DNA of 64,000 bases, taken from assembly GCF_009914755.1 (NCBI RefSeq), contig NC_060927.1; one strand, 5' to 3'. The notes below the pieces were generated by a model. It saw only the letters and a program-made list of their open reading frames with translations. It did not search any database and was not told where the DNA came from. Numbering within the stretch: the stretch's first letter is position 1; each line of letters begins with the position of its first letter. This document shows, one piece after another, positions 1-16,383 of this stretch. Source of the stretch: the human T2T-CHM13v2.0 reference genome, Homo sapiens. The position numbers and the translations under genes are program-made.

Positions 1-212
1 TTCTGAGAGAATATATTGTAAAATGTTTCTTATCAGACTTACAGTCTGTGTTATGTTAATGCCACAGAGGTAAAATGAGGCATGTGCAACCCCCATTTCC
101 CATCATGTCATGGCTGGAAACAGTTTCTCAGGTTAAATTTTAATAGATCCCTGGCTGACAAGGAAGTCCATTCAGATGGTTGGGAGTCCTTAGAATTTTG
201 ATTTTGGTCTAT
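1..212 (-). mobile_element. MER4-group (ERV1) LTR, cut by the window edge
   Basis: The end (CCATTCAGATGGTTGGGAGTCCTTAGAATTTTGATTTTGGTCTATA) is the reverse complement of the TGTAAACC-AAAATTCTAAG-CCCCAACCATCTGAATGGAC LTR start, also seen at 984. Confidence 0.7.
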
Positions 213-254
213 AGATAAGCAGTAAGATAGAAAGAGAATAGTTTAGGATTAATC

Positions 255-870
255 TGTTGGGGTTCAGAAAATGATTCCCCAAAGTATGCCACTTGGGCTG
301 AGTACTTCTGAAAACTGTAAGGCCTCAGAAATAAGCCTCAGAATCAAGGTCCCTCTAACCTTGTCTTGTTGTTCCTCCTCACCCCCATGCACAAGGAGGG
401 ACTCTTTCTAAAATTTTCTTATATGACCAAGAAAGCTTATTACCAAAAGAAACACAATTTCCTTCCATTCACTCCCTGTTACTTCATTATCTATTGCAGA
501 AAAGAGGATTGAATTCTTCAATCACACCTGGATGGACTTTTCCACAAGATAATGCCTGCATGTCAGGCTCATTCAAATTCCAAAGAGAGTCATTTGTAAG
601 TTAATTTTTGTCTCCCTGGTCCATTCATTCTCCCTAATAATCAGTTACTGCCCCTCAAAAGAATTGTCTATATTCCCCTCTCCTCCCTCCCCTATGAAAA
701 AGGTATATAAGCTTCTGTACTCCACTGGGGCTTAGGGAAATCACTCTGTCATTCTCCCTCACACACACTAAAAAAATTGTATGCCATTTCTTCTGTTAAT
801 CTCCTTTTGTCAGTTGATTTTTCAGCAAACTTTCAGAGGATATAGGAGAAGTTTTTCTTTGGCCCCTACA
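255..870 (+). mobile_element. Solo LTR, MER39/MER34-like (MER4 group)
   Basis: Starts TGTTGGGGTTCAGAAAATGATTCCCCAAA and ends GGCCCCTACA; TATA-like GTATATAAG near 703. Confidence 0.75.
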
Positions 871-983
871 GATTCAAGTGTTTTAGCCTGAACCAACAGC
901 TAGAAGGATAGAATTGGTATTAACTGAGATGCAGAAGACTGTAAGAGGAATACATTTTTGGTTTTTTTTGGAGCTTACAAAAG

Positions 984-1848
984 TGTAAACAAAAAATAAC
1001 ATTCTAAGCCCCCAACAGATCAAATGGACCCTTCTCTGGGGCAAGAACATTTTAAAGTAAACTGAAAAACTAGTTCAGGCCATGGTGGGAGGTGGGGGGT
1101 TGGACATCGCTCATATATCCTCCTCCCTTTGGAATTCGGGCGCAACTGACCAACATTAATATTAAAACAGAGATCTTAACACTGACCAAATAGACTCTTT
1201 GTGGCAATGTGATACACAAAATGGCAGGTAGTATTCCCTGAATGAAATTGAAGTATTTTATCCTGAAATATATTTCTTTGATGTATTTTAAAATGGCCCT
1301 GCAAAGTTGTCATTTTTCCAGAAAATCTACTTTCTGTAGAGAATATGCTTCCCTTTCCAGGTATTTTCCTGATCAAGGAGAGACTAAGAATCCGGCACCA
1401 ATTTAATGTCTGATAACTAACATCTACCATCTATTCTTTCTGAAGCCTGCTACGTGGAGGCTTCATCTGCAAAAATAAGAACCTTGGTCTTCATAACCCT
1501 TTATCTTAACCCAGACATCCCTTTCTATTAATTCCAAATCTTTAGACAATAAGCTAACTCCTTCAACCAATTGCCAATCAGAAAATCTCTGAATTCACCC
1601 AGGACTTGGAAGCCCTGGCTGCAAGTTGTCCTGCCTTTCTGGATTCAGCCAGTCTATACGTTTCATGTATTGCATGATGTCTGCTTGTAACTTACATCCC
1701 CTTAAAATGTATGTAATCAAGTTGTAATCCAACCCTCTTGGACACATATCCTCAGGATTTTCTGAGGCTGTGTTATGGGCATGTTCTTAACCTTGACAAC
1801 ATAAATTTCTAAATTGATTGAGGCTGTCTCAGATAATTGTGGTTTACA
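984..1848 (+). mobile_element. Solo LTR, MER4-like
   Basis: TGTAAAC...GGTTTACA inverted termini and a typical MER4 interior. Confidence 0.8.
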
Positions 1849-2090
1849 GGAGGGAAGAGTAAAGGGAAATAAAGAGCCCAATTCTATACATTTTGGATTT
1901 GAGATGTTTGTTAGACATCCAAATGTACATGTATGTCAAGTAGGTAATTGGATATATACTTCTGAAGCTAAGAGAATGCACCTGAGCTGGAGAAAACAGG
2001 GAAGGAGATCAAACAGGAGTAGAAATAGAAATAGGAGGGGATTTAGGAGGTAGTGGTATCCTGCAAGTCATGTTACAAAAGAGTTTCACG

Positions 2091-2998
<908 letters not shown>

Positions 2999-3112
2999 CA
3001 TGGAGGAGAAAATGATCACCTATCCCTAAGACTTAAACTGATCATTGGATTTAGCAATGTGGAAGGCCTCTGGCAACATTGACAGGCTGAGTTTTGGTGG
3101 AATATAGAGGGT

Positions 3113-3660
3113 TAAAGGAAACCAAAAATATTTCACCCCAAAATATACAAGTTTGACATATTTCAAGAGGCATATTCAAAGGGCTTGCAGACAGGAATAG
3201 CCCTAAAAAGCTGTCTTTCGTGGAGAAGATTTGCATCTGTAAAGAAAATCTGCATTGGTGAAATTATCAGCCAAGCTTTGTTTGAGCCTCCTTTCCCTTG
3301 TCCCAATCTAAGAAAAATTTACTCAACCAGGAGCTACCATCTACTTTTTTCTGAATACTGCTACCTGTGAGGTTTCATCTACGTAACAAGACCACTTTTG
3401 CCCCATGCCTTTCATTTTCCCTGGATAACCTGTCTTGTCTTGCCACACTCCAAGGCCCTGTTATTTCTGTAACCCCAAGATGATATAAAAGTGTCAAGCA
3501 TCTGGCCCTTCCTTTGGGTTTTCATATTTTGCATGACTTCTGCACACACGTGTGTGCGTTAATAAATTTTGTATGCATTTTCTCCTATGAATCTATCTTT
3601 TGTCAGTTGATTTTCAATAGCCTTCAGAGGATGAAGGAAAGTTTTCTCTTGGTCTCTATA
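3113..3660 (+). mobile_element. Solo LTR (MER39/MER34-like)
   Basis: Perfect 4-bp TSD GGGT (3109-3112, 3661-3664); AATAAA near 3561; 3' end resembles the LTR at 255. Confidence 0.8.
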
Positions 3661-4977
3661 GGGTAAAGGTATTTTTGGAGAGGGTTCAAGAAAGAACAGG
3701 AGGAGAAAAAATAGAGGCAACTCTTTTAAGGAGTTTCACTCTAAAGGAAAGGAGAGAAATGGGGGATTGCTGGAGGAGTAAGAGGAAAGACAGATTACTA
3801 TGTATTTTTTTATGATGTGACTAGAATAATGATCAAGTAGAGAAGGAAAAACTGATGATGAAGGGAAGAAGGTAGAATTGCTTAGAGCAGTTATCTTGAG
3901 TAGATGAGTGGGACTGGAATGTAAGGTTCAGGGAGCCTTAGCTAGGAGCATAGAAGGTACAATCCAATTACAGGAGAAAAGGTAGATCATGTGGATCCAG
4001 ATATAGGTAGAAGTGTCTATACATAGTAATGGGAGCTATGAGTAGAAACATACTTAACAAGGTATTTTGGTGTGGTAACTTATGCCAATGTTATGTTTTC
4101 TGGGAAATGTTAAAATTTCTGAGAAAAGTTAGTCTTGCACATTATTCAAAGTGTTTTAATAGTCTTTTTGGAAAGGAAATAACCAATAACTGAATATAAG
4201 ACACTCAGCAAATGTCAAGGGTTTTATAGTGAAACATTTTTCAAAATTTTTTATTTCTATGTGTAAAGATTTTAAAGCATCTTTCCATTTAGAAAACCCA
4301 GACAGTATCTCATAATATGATAATTCTGTAGTCAGTATTCTTTGCTTTGAGCGTAAAGGTCAGTTGCATGGAAAAATGTTTTCCGTAGACGCTTTAGTGA
4401 AAAATACAAACTAACACATTAGGCTTATATAAATATTTTCCCCTCACATTTATTTATTTATTTTTGCTAACAAAACTCAGACAACACACACACAACCAAA
4501 GTTCCCCTTTACCATCATCTGCTGGTCCAGTTTCTTTTCCAGAGATAACAACGGCAAAGCTCTTTTGTTTTGAAGAAGACATATTCTTCTGGTCATTTGC
4601 CCATGTCGTTGCACAATACATGTTTATGGTGTACATAACTGTACCTATAAAAATATAGAGTTTTTGTATTCTTTTTAAGTTGGCACCATATATTATATAT
4701 TGTTCTTCAACTTTGATCACTTGACTGGAAAATCCTGTCTTGGAAGTCTTCCTATGTGAATTTATAGAGAACTATGCCAGTCTTTTCAACAGACTCTTAG
4801 AATTCCAGAGTAAGGAAATGTCATATTTTGTTTTAATTATACATCTTTTGGATGTCACATAAGTTGCACCCATAGTTTCCTGTTGCAAACAATGCTTGTC
4901 ATAATCCCATTAAATAAACCTTACATAACCCTTATTGGGCACTTGTTCAAGGGTTTCTGTGAATATATACATAGATA

Positions 4978-5065
4978 TTTTTACAGATGGGGTCTTGATA
5001 TATAGCCCAGGCTGGTTTTGAACTCCTAGCCTCAAGCAATCCTTCTACCACATCCTCTTAAAGTG
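4978..5065 (-). mobile_element. Alu left-monomer/FLAM fragment
   Basis: GATGGGGTCTTG...GCCCAGGCTGGTTTTGAACTCCTAGCCTCAAGCAATCC. Confidence 0.75.
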
Positions 5066-5342
5066 GGAGATAATTGAATCATGGGAGTGTGTTTTTCCCA
5101 TACTGTTCTCATGGTAGTGAATAAGTCTCACAAGATCTGATGGTTTTATAAGTGGGAGTTCCCCTGAACAAGCTCTCTTGCCTACAGCCATGTAAGATGT
5201 GACTTTGTTCTTCCTTCACTTCTGCCATGATTGTGAGGCCTCCCCAGCCATGTGGAACTGTGAGTCAATTAAACGTCTTTCTTGTATAAATTACCCAATC
5301 TTGGGTATGTCTTCATTAGCAGCCTGAGAACAGACTAATACA
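5062..5342 (+). mobile_element. THE1 (MaLR) LTR lacking its 5' end
   Basis: GGGAGATAATTGAATCATGG...CCATGATTGTGAGGCCTCCCCAGCCATG...CAGACTAATACA. Confidence 0.9.
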
Positions 5343-8169
5343 ACATGCTTTCATTTCTCTTGAGTAAATACCTGGGAATGGAACTACTAGGCCATATGGT
5401 AAGCATACTCTACCAAAACTGATTAATCACATTAATAGGTTGCCATACATATTTTAGTCTGAGTTCTGCAGTGTTGCATGGGACTGTATATTGTCTTATG
5501 TTTTCTAATTGCTTACTTAAGTCCTGCCACCTCTCTAAGTCATAAATTTTAGGATGATAAGAGCCACAAATTATTATTTATTTCTTTTTACCATTTTGTT
5601 GCTGGAAATATAAAACACAGGGCTCCAGGCATCTAATAAATACTTGTTAGGTTATTATTATGTTTTTATTAATAATACTCCATTTAACACAATGACCCTA
5701 AGTTTCAGTCCTCTTTGAGATTAATTTGTAAAGTTGAGATTCACATTGAGTGCACTTCAGGTGGACATAAATTGCAACAGACTCCTTCTTTTCCTTCTGG
5801 GTGAATATGTGACTTAGTAGAGCCACCTGGATCATCCTGAGACTCTTGTTGGAACATAAGGAAACAAGTTTCATGTTCCACTGGAGTTGTAAAGTGAAAG
5901 GAAAGCAAGCTAGGGTTGCTATTGGTATCTTTGCTACTTGAAGAGACTCTACCCAAAAATAAACTCATCACAGAGGAAAGAGACAAATTTGTAATGACAT
6001 ATTGAGGCACTGATCAAAACATGCCATCAAAAGCCAGCAGTACCTCTCTCCAAACTTTCCATAGCTCATGTGTTTGAAATGAGTTTTATAAGTTGTTTTT
6101 GCAATAGTCCTATCTCATAAATTATAATACCTTAGTAGCACCAGTTCCAAATTAGCCATCTACCATTTTAACAGTGAGACATAGCCAATAGATATTTTAG
6201 TATCTATCTATCTATCATCTCTCTGAAAGATACTACAGTTATACCGCTGTATACCTAAAACTACTTCTAAAACTGCATTTGACTTGGCTAGTCAATATTT
6301 AAAAGTATCAGAAAGTAGGTTTTTAATAAATTAAAACCTGATATTAAAATTTACAGAAAAAGTGTTCAAGCATTATTGCTGTAGTGACACATAATTACAG
6401 TGATCTTACATGACAGCACCATTACTGCTGAACAATGTTATAATTCTAGCATGATTGTTGGCTTGTATTTGCCAAATAATTGCTTCAATTATCTGCTTCA
6501 TATTGACCATAAAGTCTTAACCAGGACATTTATTTTTGCTTCCTGCCTGAGTCACTACTTGGTGATTCCATAGTCACAACCTTACCTTCATGTTGAAGTG
6601 TTGGTAAGACTTAGATAATAAATTTTCATCATTATTGTGGCTGAATCATCACTCCATCTATGCTAAGTAATTCTATGGAAACAGTGTAACTGTATTGTTG
6701 GGCAGAGAGAGGCTTTCTCATGTAGGGCAGTTATAATTACCTGTTGCCATAGTGACAATGGATGGACAGAGGAGATCTTTCTCAGGTGCTTATTGCTTTC
6801 CGGGAAAATTTCCATCAGATTTGATCATTGTCAATGCTGGGGATTTTCCCCAGGTTAAAGGAAAAAAACCTGTCATATTATCAGTTAAAATGGTGTGGCT
6901 GGGGGAGAGCTTAGTCCACATCAGTTGCTATAGTAATCTTAGTAGCACATTTGAAATCTGAGTAAAGGTGGCAAAATTAGAGTTAGATCATCCAACAGGA
7001 GATGACATTTAAACTCGTAACTCTACAGTATTTTGGAAAAGGAGAGATGGCAATTTCAGGGCCTCCAAATGCCCTTATTTGATTTATTCATATTTGAAAA
7101 GTATTTGTGTAACATCTACTTATACATTTACCTCATTTGTCTTAACCCTGTGAGAATTTTTCACATGTGCAACAACATGCATGAATCTCTGAACTATTAT
7201 ATTGAGAAAATGGAGCCAAAGCCAAAGGGCATGAGTAGAATGATTTCATTTATATGAATTTTAACTATAGGCAAAAATAATTTATGGTGATGAAAGTCAC
7301 ACGTTTATACTTTTCTACATTGTTTCTCAACTTATAGGAAAAAGAACTATAAGAGGCTTAAAACCCTACAGTCAGCTTTCAGCTCTGCTATTCACTAGCT
7401 GGGAGACCTTAGGTAAATTTCAGTTCTTTCATTTCTAAAATGAAGGCCCTTTCCATCTTTAAGTTTTGTAAGTATTATCTGAAAAACTCCTCTCCCTATC
7501 CTTTCCAGGAGGTAGGATTGACGGGAAGCAGGCCAAGGAACTTTGTGGGTGATGGACATATTCCATATGTTAATTGGTGTGCTACTTAACACAGATGTAC
7601 ATACTTGCTAAAACACATTATGCTGTACATTTAAAATCTGTAAAGTTTACTGACAGTAAATGTGCAAGAAATGTAAAAAGAATAACTTTGAGATACTCTT
7701 ATGACCCACATTTTATTCATGAGACAACTGGGACTCAGAAAATTGGAGTGATGATTTGCCCATGTTCTTCATGAGAGCTGGGAAACCTATCTTATCTCAT
7801 GAAAGTTGCAATTTTATCTTTTCGAAGGTATCAAGATTTTCACCATAACATTGATTAAGAGCCTAATGCCTCTGTACTTAGTACATTAGTATATTAAAAG
7901 AGCTAACAAAATTGAAAAAAATAAGTTTCCCATATTCTGCTCTGTTTATTGCACATTTACATTTTACAGAGGTAACTAGAAATGAGTAACTATTTTTTTT
8001 TTCCCTGAAAAGCAAAGACAGAGGGTATCCAGCAGAGGAGGTCATGATTAGGCCATTTAATCAACAGTGTTTTGAGACATCTGCTGTGTAGAGAATTCCA
8101 ATAGATGTTTTTCTTTAGTGAGGTGAAAAATCTGACATAACAGCTTTCACAGTCTGTGAAGTAGAAACT

Positions 8170-8325
8170 AGAGAAGCACTCCCTAAATAAATCACCTGGT
8201 ATGTTGTTAGAAACATAAATTCTGATTCAGTGGGTCTGAAGTGAGGCTGTTCATTTGCAATTTTAACAAATTCCCAGGCAATGTTGCTATTGCTGGTCCT
8301 TAGACCACACTCTGAGTAGCAAAGA
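8170..8325. mobile_element. MER5A-like hAT DNA transposon relic
   Basis: AATCACCTGG...TCTGATTCAGTGGGTCTG...GACCACACTCTGAGTAGCA. Confidence 0.7.
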
Positions 8326-8848
8326 TGAGGTCATTACAGCTGAAGTGAAATCTGAAATTTACCTAAGTTCTCAAATGCAAATGGCAAGCTAAAACCAGAA
8401 ATCATGATTATAAGACACTATAGCTTTTTCCCTTCATATAAATTAAAAAACAAAATGAGAGGGCATATAAATATAAATATGTGGGATCAGGGAGAAAATT
8501 TGTTGTGGCCATATATTTAAACTGGTTGTTTAGAATGATCTAAATACAAAAAAATTTGTTCCATTTTTTTTTCCTCCTTTGCTTGCTTATTTATTGTGTA
8601 GGGCTAATTCAACATTTGTGATTGTTGCAGTACCTCCTGGCTAAACTATGTTGGAAACTGATTTCATAGGGTTATGTTGTTACAATTCAAACAATATTTA
8701 TTTTCAATTATTCTTCCTGGAATTCCCTTAGCAGTTGTATTTCAGGGTAGTTCAGCCTCCCACACAATATATATTACCATACATGTTTTACGAATGTTAA
8801 ATGTGAGGCACACCATGCTTTTCAGTTTGCTGCTGCTTTAATAGCATT

Positions 8849-12112
<3,264 letters not shown>

Positions 12113-12303
12113 TTTTTATTTCTGTGTTTCTATGTACAAAGCTTTAGGTTAATGTCTACCTAACTTCCAATAGAAGTTGTTGATCTAATCAAGGGTGCAT
12201 TTGTAATCTTGGAAATGTTACCATAAAGTTACCCACAAATGTGTTGAATGACCACAACACACACACACACGCATGCACAGACAAGAAAGTTAGTTTTTGG
12301 TGT

Positions 12304-12740
12304 TGTGGAACCCATCCTTAAAGATGGCCCCCAATAATCCTTGCCTTCTGGTAGTCATGCTGTTATGTAATCTTCCACATTAAATTAGTCTGACCTATGA
12401 AATCAATGGAATGATGAAGAAATGATGGTGTGTAATTTCCATAGACAGGTCATATAAGACAGTCTGGCTTTTGCCTTGTTTCCTTTTAGATTGATTGCTG
12501 TCGGGGAAGCCAGCCACCATGTTGTTAGGATGCTCAGTCTGCCCAGGTAGAGGCTTGGCAGATCTTGGAAAGAACTGAGGCGTCCTGCCAAGAGTCCTGT
12601 AAATATTATATCAATCTATAAAACTGTCCTACCTGGATTGTATTTCTCTTTGAAAGTGCTGAAGCTTAAAATTTAAATACATAACAGTATTGGGGAATTA
12701 AAAAATTCCCTGGAAGTAGATCCTTCAGCTCCAGGCTTTT
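12304..12740 (+). mobile_element. MLT1 (E/F-like) MaLR LTR interrupted by a 106-bp foreign insert at 12599-12704
   Basis: AAGATGGCCCCCAATAATCC...GGGGAAGCCAGCCACCATGTTG...GAACTGAGG; resumes as TGGAAGTAGATCCTTCAGCTCCAG after the insert. Confidence 0.75.
12599..12704. repeat. 106-bp dispersed inverted duplication, copy A
   Basis: 104/106 identical to the reverse complement of 19181-19286, aligned by eye. Confidence 0.95.
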
Positions 12741-15700
12741 GAAGCAATCAGTAGTTAATATAGTGTTTGAAAAAAGAAAGAAACTATATTTGGCAGATGT
12801 CAGACTTTTGACTTAGAAAGGTAGACTCTGTTGAAAGTCCAAAAAGTTATCTGACTGTGATCACATTCTCTTTGATCTAACCCTAAGAGTTCTTCTGATT
12901 TCATGATTACCAGGACCCTATCCCAAAGAAATAAATGTTCTATTGGAGAAATCAAGAAAAAAATGCAACTTAATAAATTGGAGCACTTGCAATTTACCTA
13001 AAGAATAAAACCAATAACCTGTAAGATTTATTACTGGGTTACTTTTGTCTGCTCAGTCACATCTTAGCAAGGTCTTAGATTGAAATACTTGGGAGGAAAC
13101 AGGCAGGGAGGAATATAAATGAATTATATTGAATAATTGATAGGACTTCATAATAAATTGATCTGGTATATAAAGGGGAAGGAAGAATGGGAAACACCTT
13201 CAAGAATTTTTGCCTAAAAGATTTAAGAATAATGACACACGCTATTGAACAAAATAGATTACTTGGGAAGATAAGCCAGAAGTTTAGAAATGGGAAAGAG
13301 GACAGAGGGCTCTATTTTGCGATGTGTTGAGTTTTGCTTAACAAAAAATCCTGCAAGAAAAAAAAAATGCCTTCTTTTTCTTGATGTTTACTGTCCCCTT
13401 GTAGTACATAGTGGTAATTTTTTTTTTAATTCTCAAACCCCGTCTCTGCAAAATAGACAGAGATAGCAAATTTATTTTTTTAAGTATTTATTTTACTGAT
13501 AAAAAAACTTAGCAAATAAGAGGTTTAGCAATATGTTGACACCATAGAGTCAGGGGTTGTCTGAAATCCAGGTTTCCCCAACACCAAGTTATGGTTCTTT
13601 TCAGCTGGGGTGTGCTGTGGGTGTTGCATAGCTTTCTTCTTTGTGTTAGCTGTTGGTCCCATCCCCTGACGTCTGGAATTTATCATTGTTTTGAAATGGG
13701 AAAATGTTTGACTAGGTATTTTGGATAAGGTTCTAACAGAGTATCTGTCCCTTTGTGGGACCTGGTAGGGTTTAGGTTTTACCTTCGAACTTCAATGCTG
13801 TACGTTCACAAGGACTTGTCAGGCTCTGGGGAACACTATCGATATAGCCAAACTAATAGGAGATTGATTTGTGAAACTAGTGCCAAAGTGTTAATTGACA
13901 ATTGTGTATATATAATTTAGATAACTAGAACATTCATGTGTCTTTTACTATGTACCACCTTTGGAAGTGAGCTTAGCAACTAAAAAGTTACTTGGTGAGC
14001 ATAAAATTGGGAGAGACTCTAACTCTATGGAACAAATCATATCTGTTGTGATGCAGTTTGCAGAATATTTCCACTCTGCTGCAGAAAATCCTTTCTCAGC
14101 ACTTAAAATGTTTATGCTTTTAATATTCATTGTTTTCCTTGCACAGGGATATTCCAAACAGTTATATAGCAAATATTAAGAACTCTACTATGTACCAGTG
14201 ACTGTACAAGGCGTTGAGGATACAGTAGTAAATAACAGCCAAGTTTTAATCCTCAAGTAACTTACATTTTAGTGGACAATTGAAATCTTGTTAGTTTCCA
14301 GGTCTCCTTTTTTTAGTCATCAGAATCTTTTGTCCTCACATCCCTTTCCTGAATGATTTCCAGAATTATAGTTTGCCTTTAATTACCTGCATTTTAAAAA
14401 TATCTTCTTGATGAAATTTTAGAAAGAGATTAATGTAAGAGATGACATATTTACAAACAATGCTTTTGATCTAGATTGCTTTGGTCACGACTAGATTGGC
14501 TTTTATTTCCCTATTTTATAATAATAGCTTTTTATTTTTATTTTTCCATGTGTAGACTGTTATTCAGTTTTAATAAAAAGAAGGCCTAAATGGAAAAAAA
14601 ATTACAGCTAAACAAATAGTTGAATTACACTTACTCTTTAGCATTAGATGTAAACAAACCTATAGTAGATACATAACAAATTGGATGAATTTTAATTTGA
14701 CAATAAGCTTCAAGCAATTTACTTGAAAGATATTTGAGGCCAATAGGCTAATTATATGTTGCCTGAAGTGGGGAATATTTCCTTCAGCTGACTTATTGAT
14801 TTGTTGCCTTTTAACAAGAAATTATGCTGATCTAATTACAAAGAAGGGTTAAAAAAGCTAATAACTTCAAATCTGAGGTTCTCCATAATGGAACAGAATG
14901 ATTAATGGTCTAACAGAAACAACCGCCCACGAACCTTTTGCCAGACACTTGAAATACCATGTCACTAATGGAGGAGCTTGAAATACTCTGAGTTATTTTT
15001 CTTTCTATATGAAAACAATGTTAAAATCTGCTAAATGGTAGAGTAATTGGACCCATGGTGTAAGCAATTACTTATGACCGGGTCTCTAAATGTTGTTTGC
15101 TTATAGTCTTTAGTATTACTCAGTTTTTAAAACAAAAATTCTGCTATGCTAAATATATTCATCAATGAATACTATAAAACCTTCTCCAAATACTCTATTT
15201 TTAAGTTAGTATGAGAATAATGAAGGAGAACATAATCAATGAATGACATCAGGAAACCTGGGAAGTCAAGGAAGGTCACCAGGTATTCACATAAATTTCC
15301 CTCCCCTCTCTCTCCAACAGGAATTATAAAAGAAATGTGCGGCCTATAGTTAGGACCATATACATAGGTATTAAGATTTTCATACAAAACAGTTGAAATG
15401 AGGAAAATCAAATAGCATGGGTACTATTTTGACACATAAAATTAGAGCAAGTTGGTGAAGGATGTTAGTGTGAACATTCTTTAGAATATTTTCCAGCCTA
15501 GTTCCAGCCCCAAATGTGGACTCACACTTCTTTGTCTTGGAGCAGAAAGAGCTGTGATTTTTGGTTGAGCTGGGGAGTTCTTGGACAGTGTTGAAGCACA
15601 GGGTTAAGATGGCTTTCCCGCTGCACCAGAGATTCCATTAATAGTACCGAGGTTGGGGTGGTACTATCAGTTCTTGGTGACTGTGGGAGTGGCTGGTAGC

Positions 15701-16078
15701 AGTGAACCAGGAACTTAGGAAGGCTGTAGAGAGCAGCCTGACTATCCGCTAAGAATTGAGAGTAAAACTGAGTCAAACTTGAGGCCTAAATATTTTGTTT
15801 TGAGGAAGAGAGTTCTATTTTACCTGTTTCAAATGAGAAGAAAATAAAAATAACTTATGATTTCACCAACCCTTCCCTAGAAATAATGACAATTAACTCC
15901 AAGGTATACAGAATTTTAAAAATGTTTCTTTCTTGCTAACTGGCTTATTTGCCCTCTAACTGGTTTATTTGCCCTTTTCCTTTAATCCACCCTGTTCCAT
16001 TTTTAAAACTAAAGCTATATCATGAAATTCTTTCTAAATCATTACTTATTCTTTCACAATATAATTTTAAGTGGTTGC

Positions 16079-16383
<305 letters not shown>

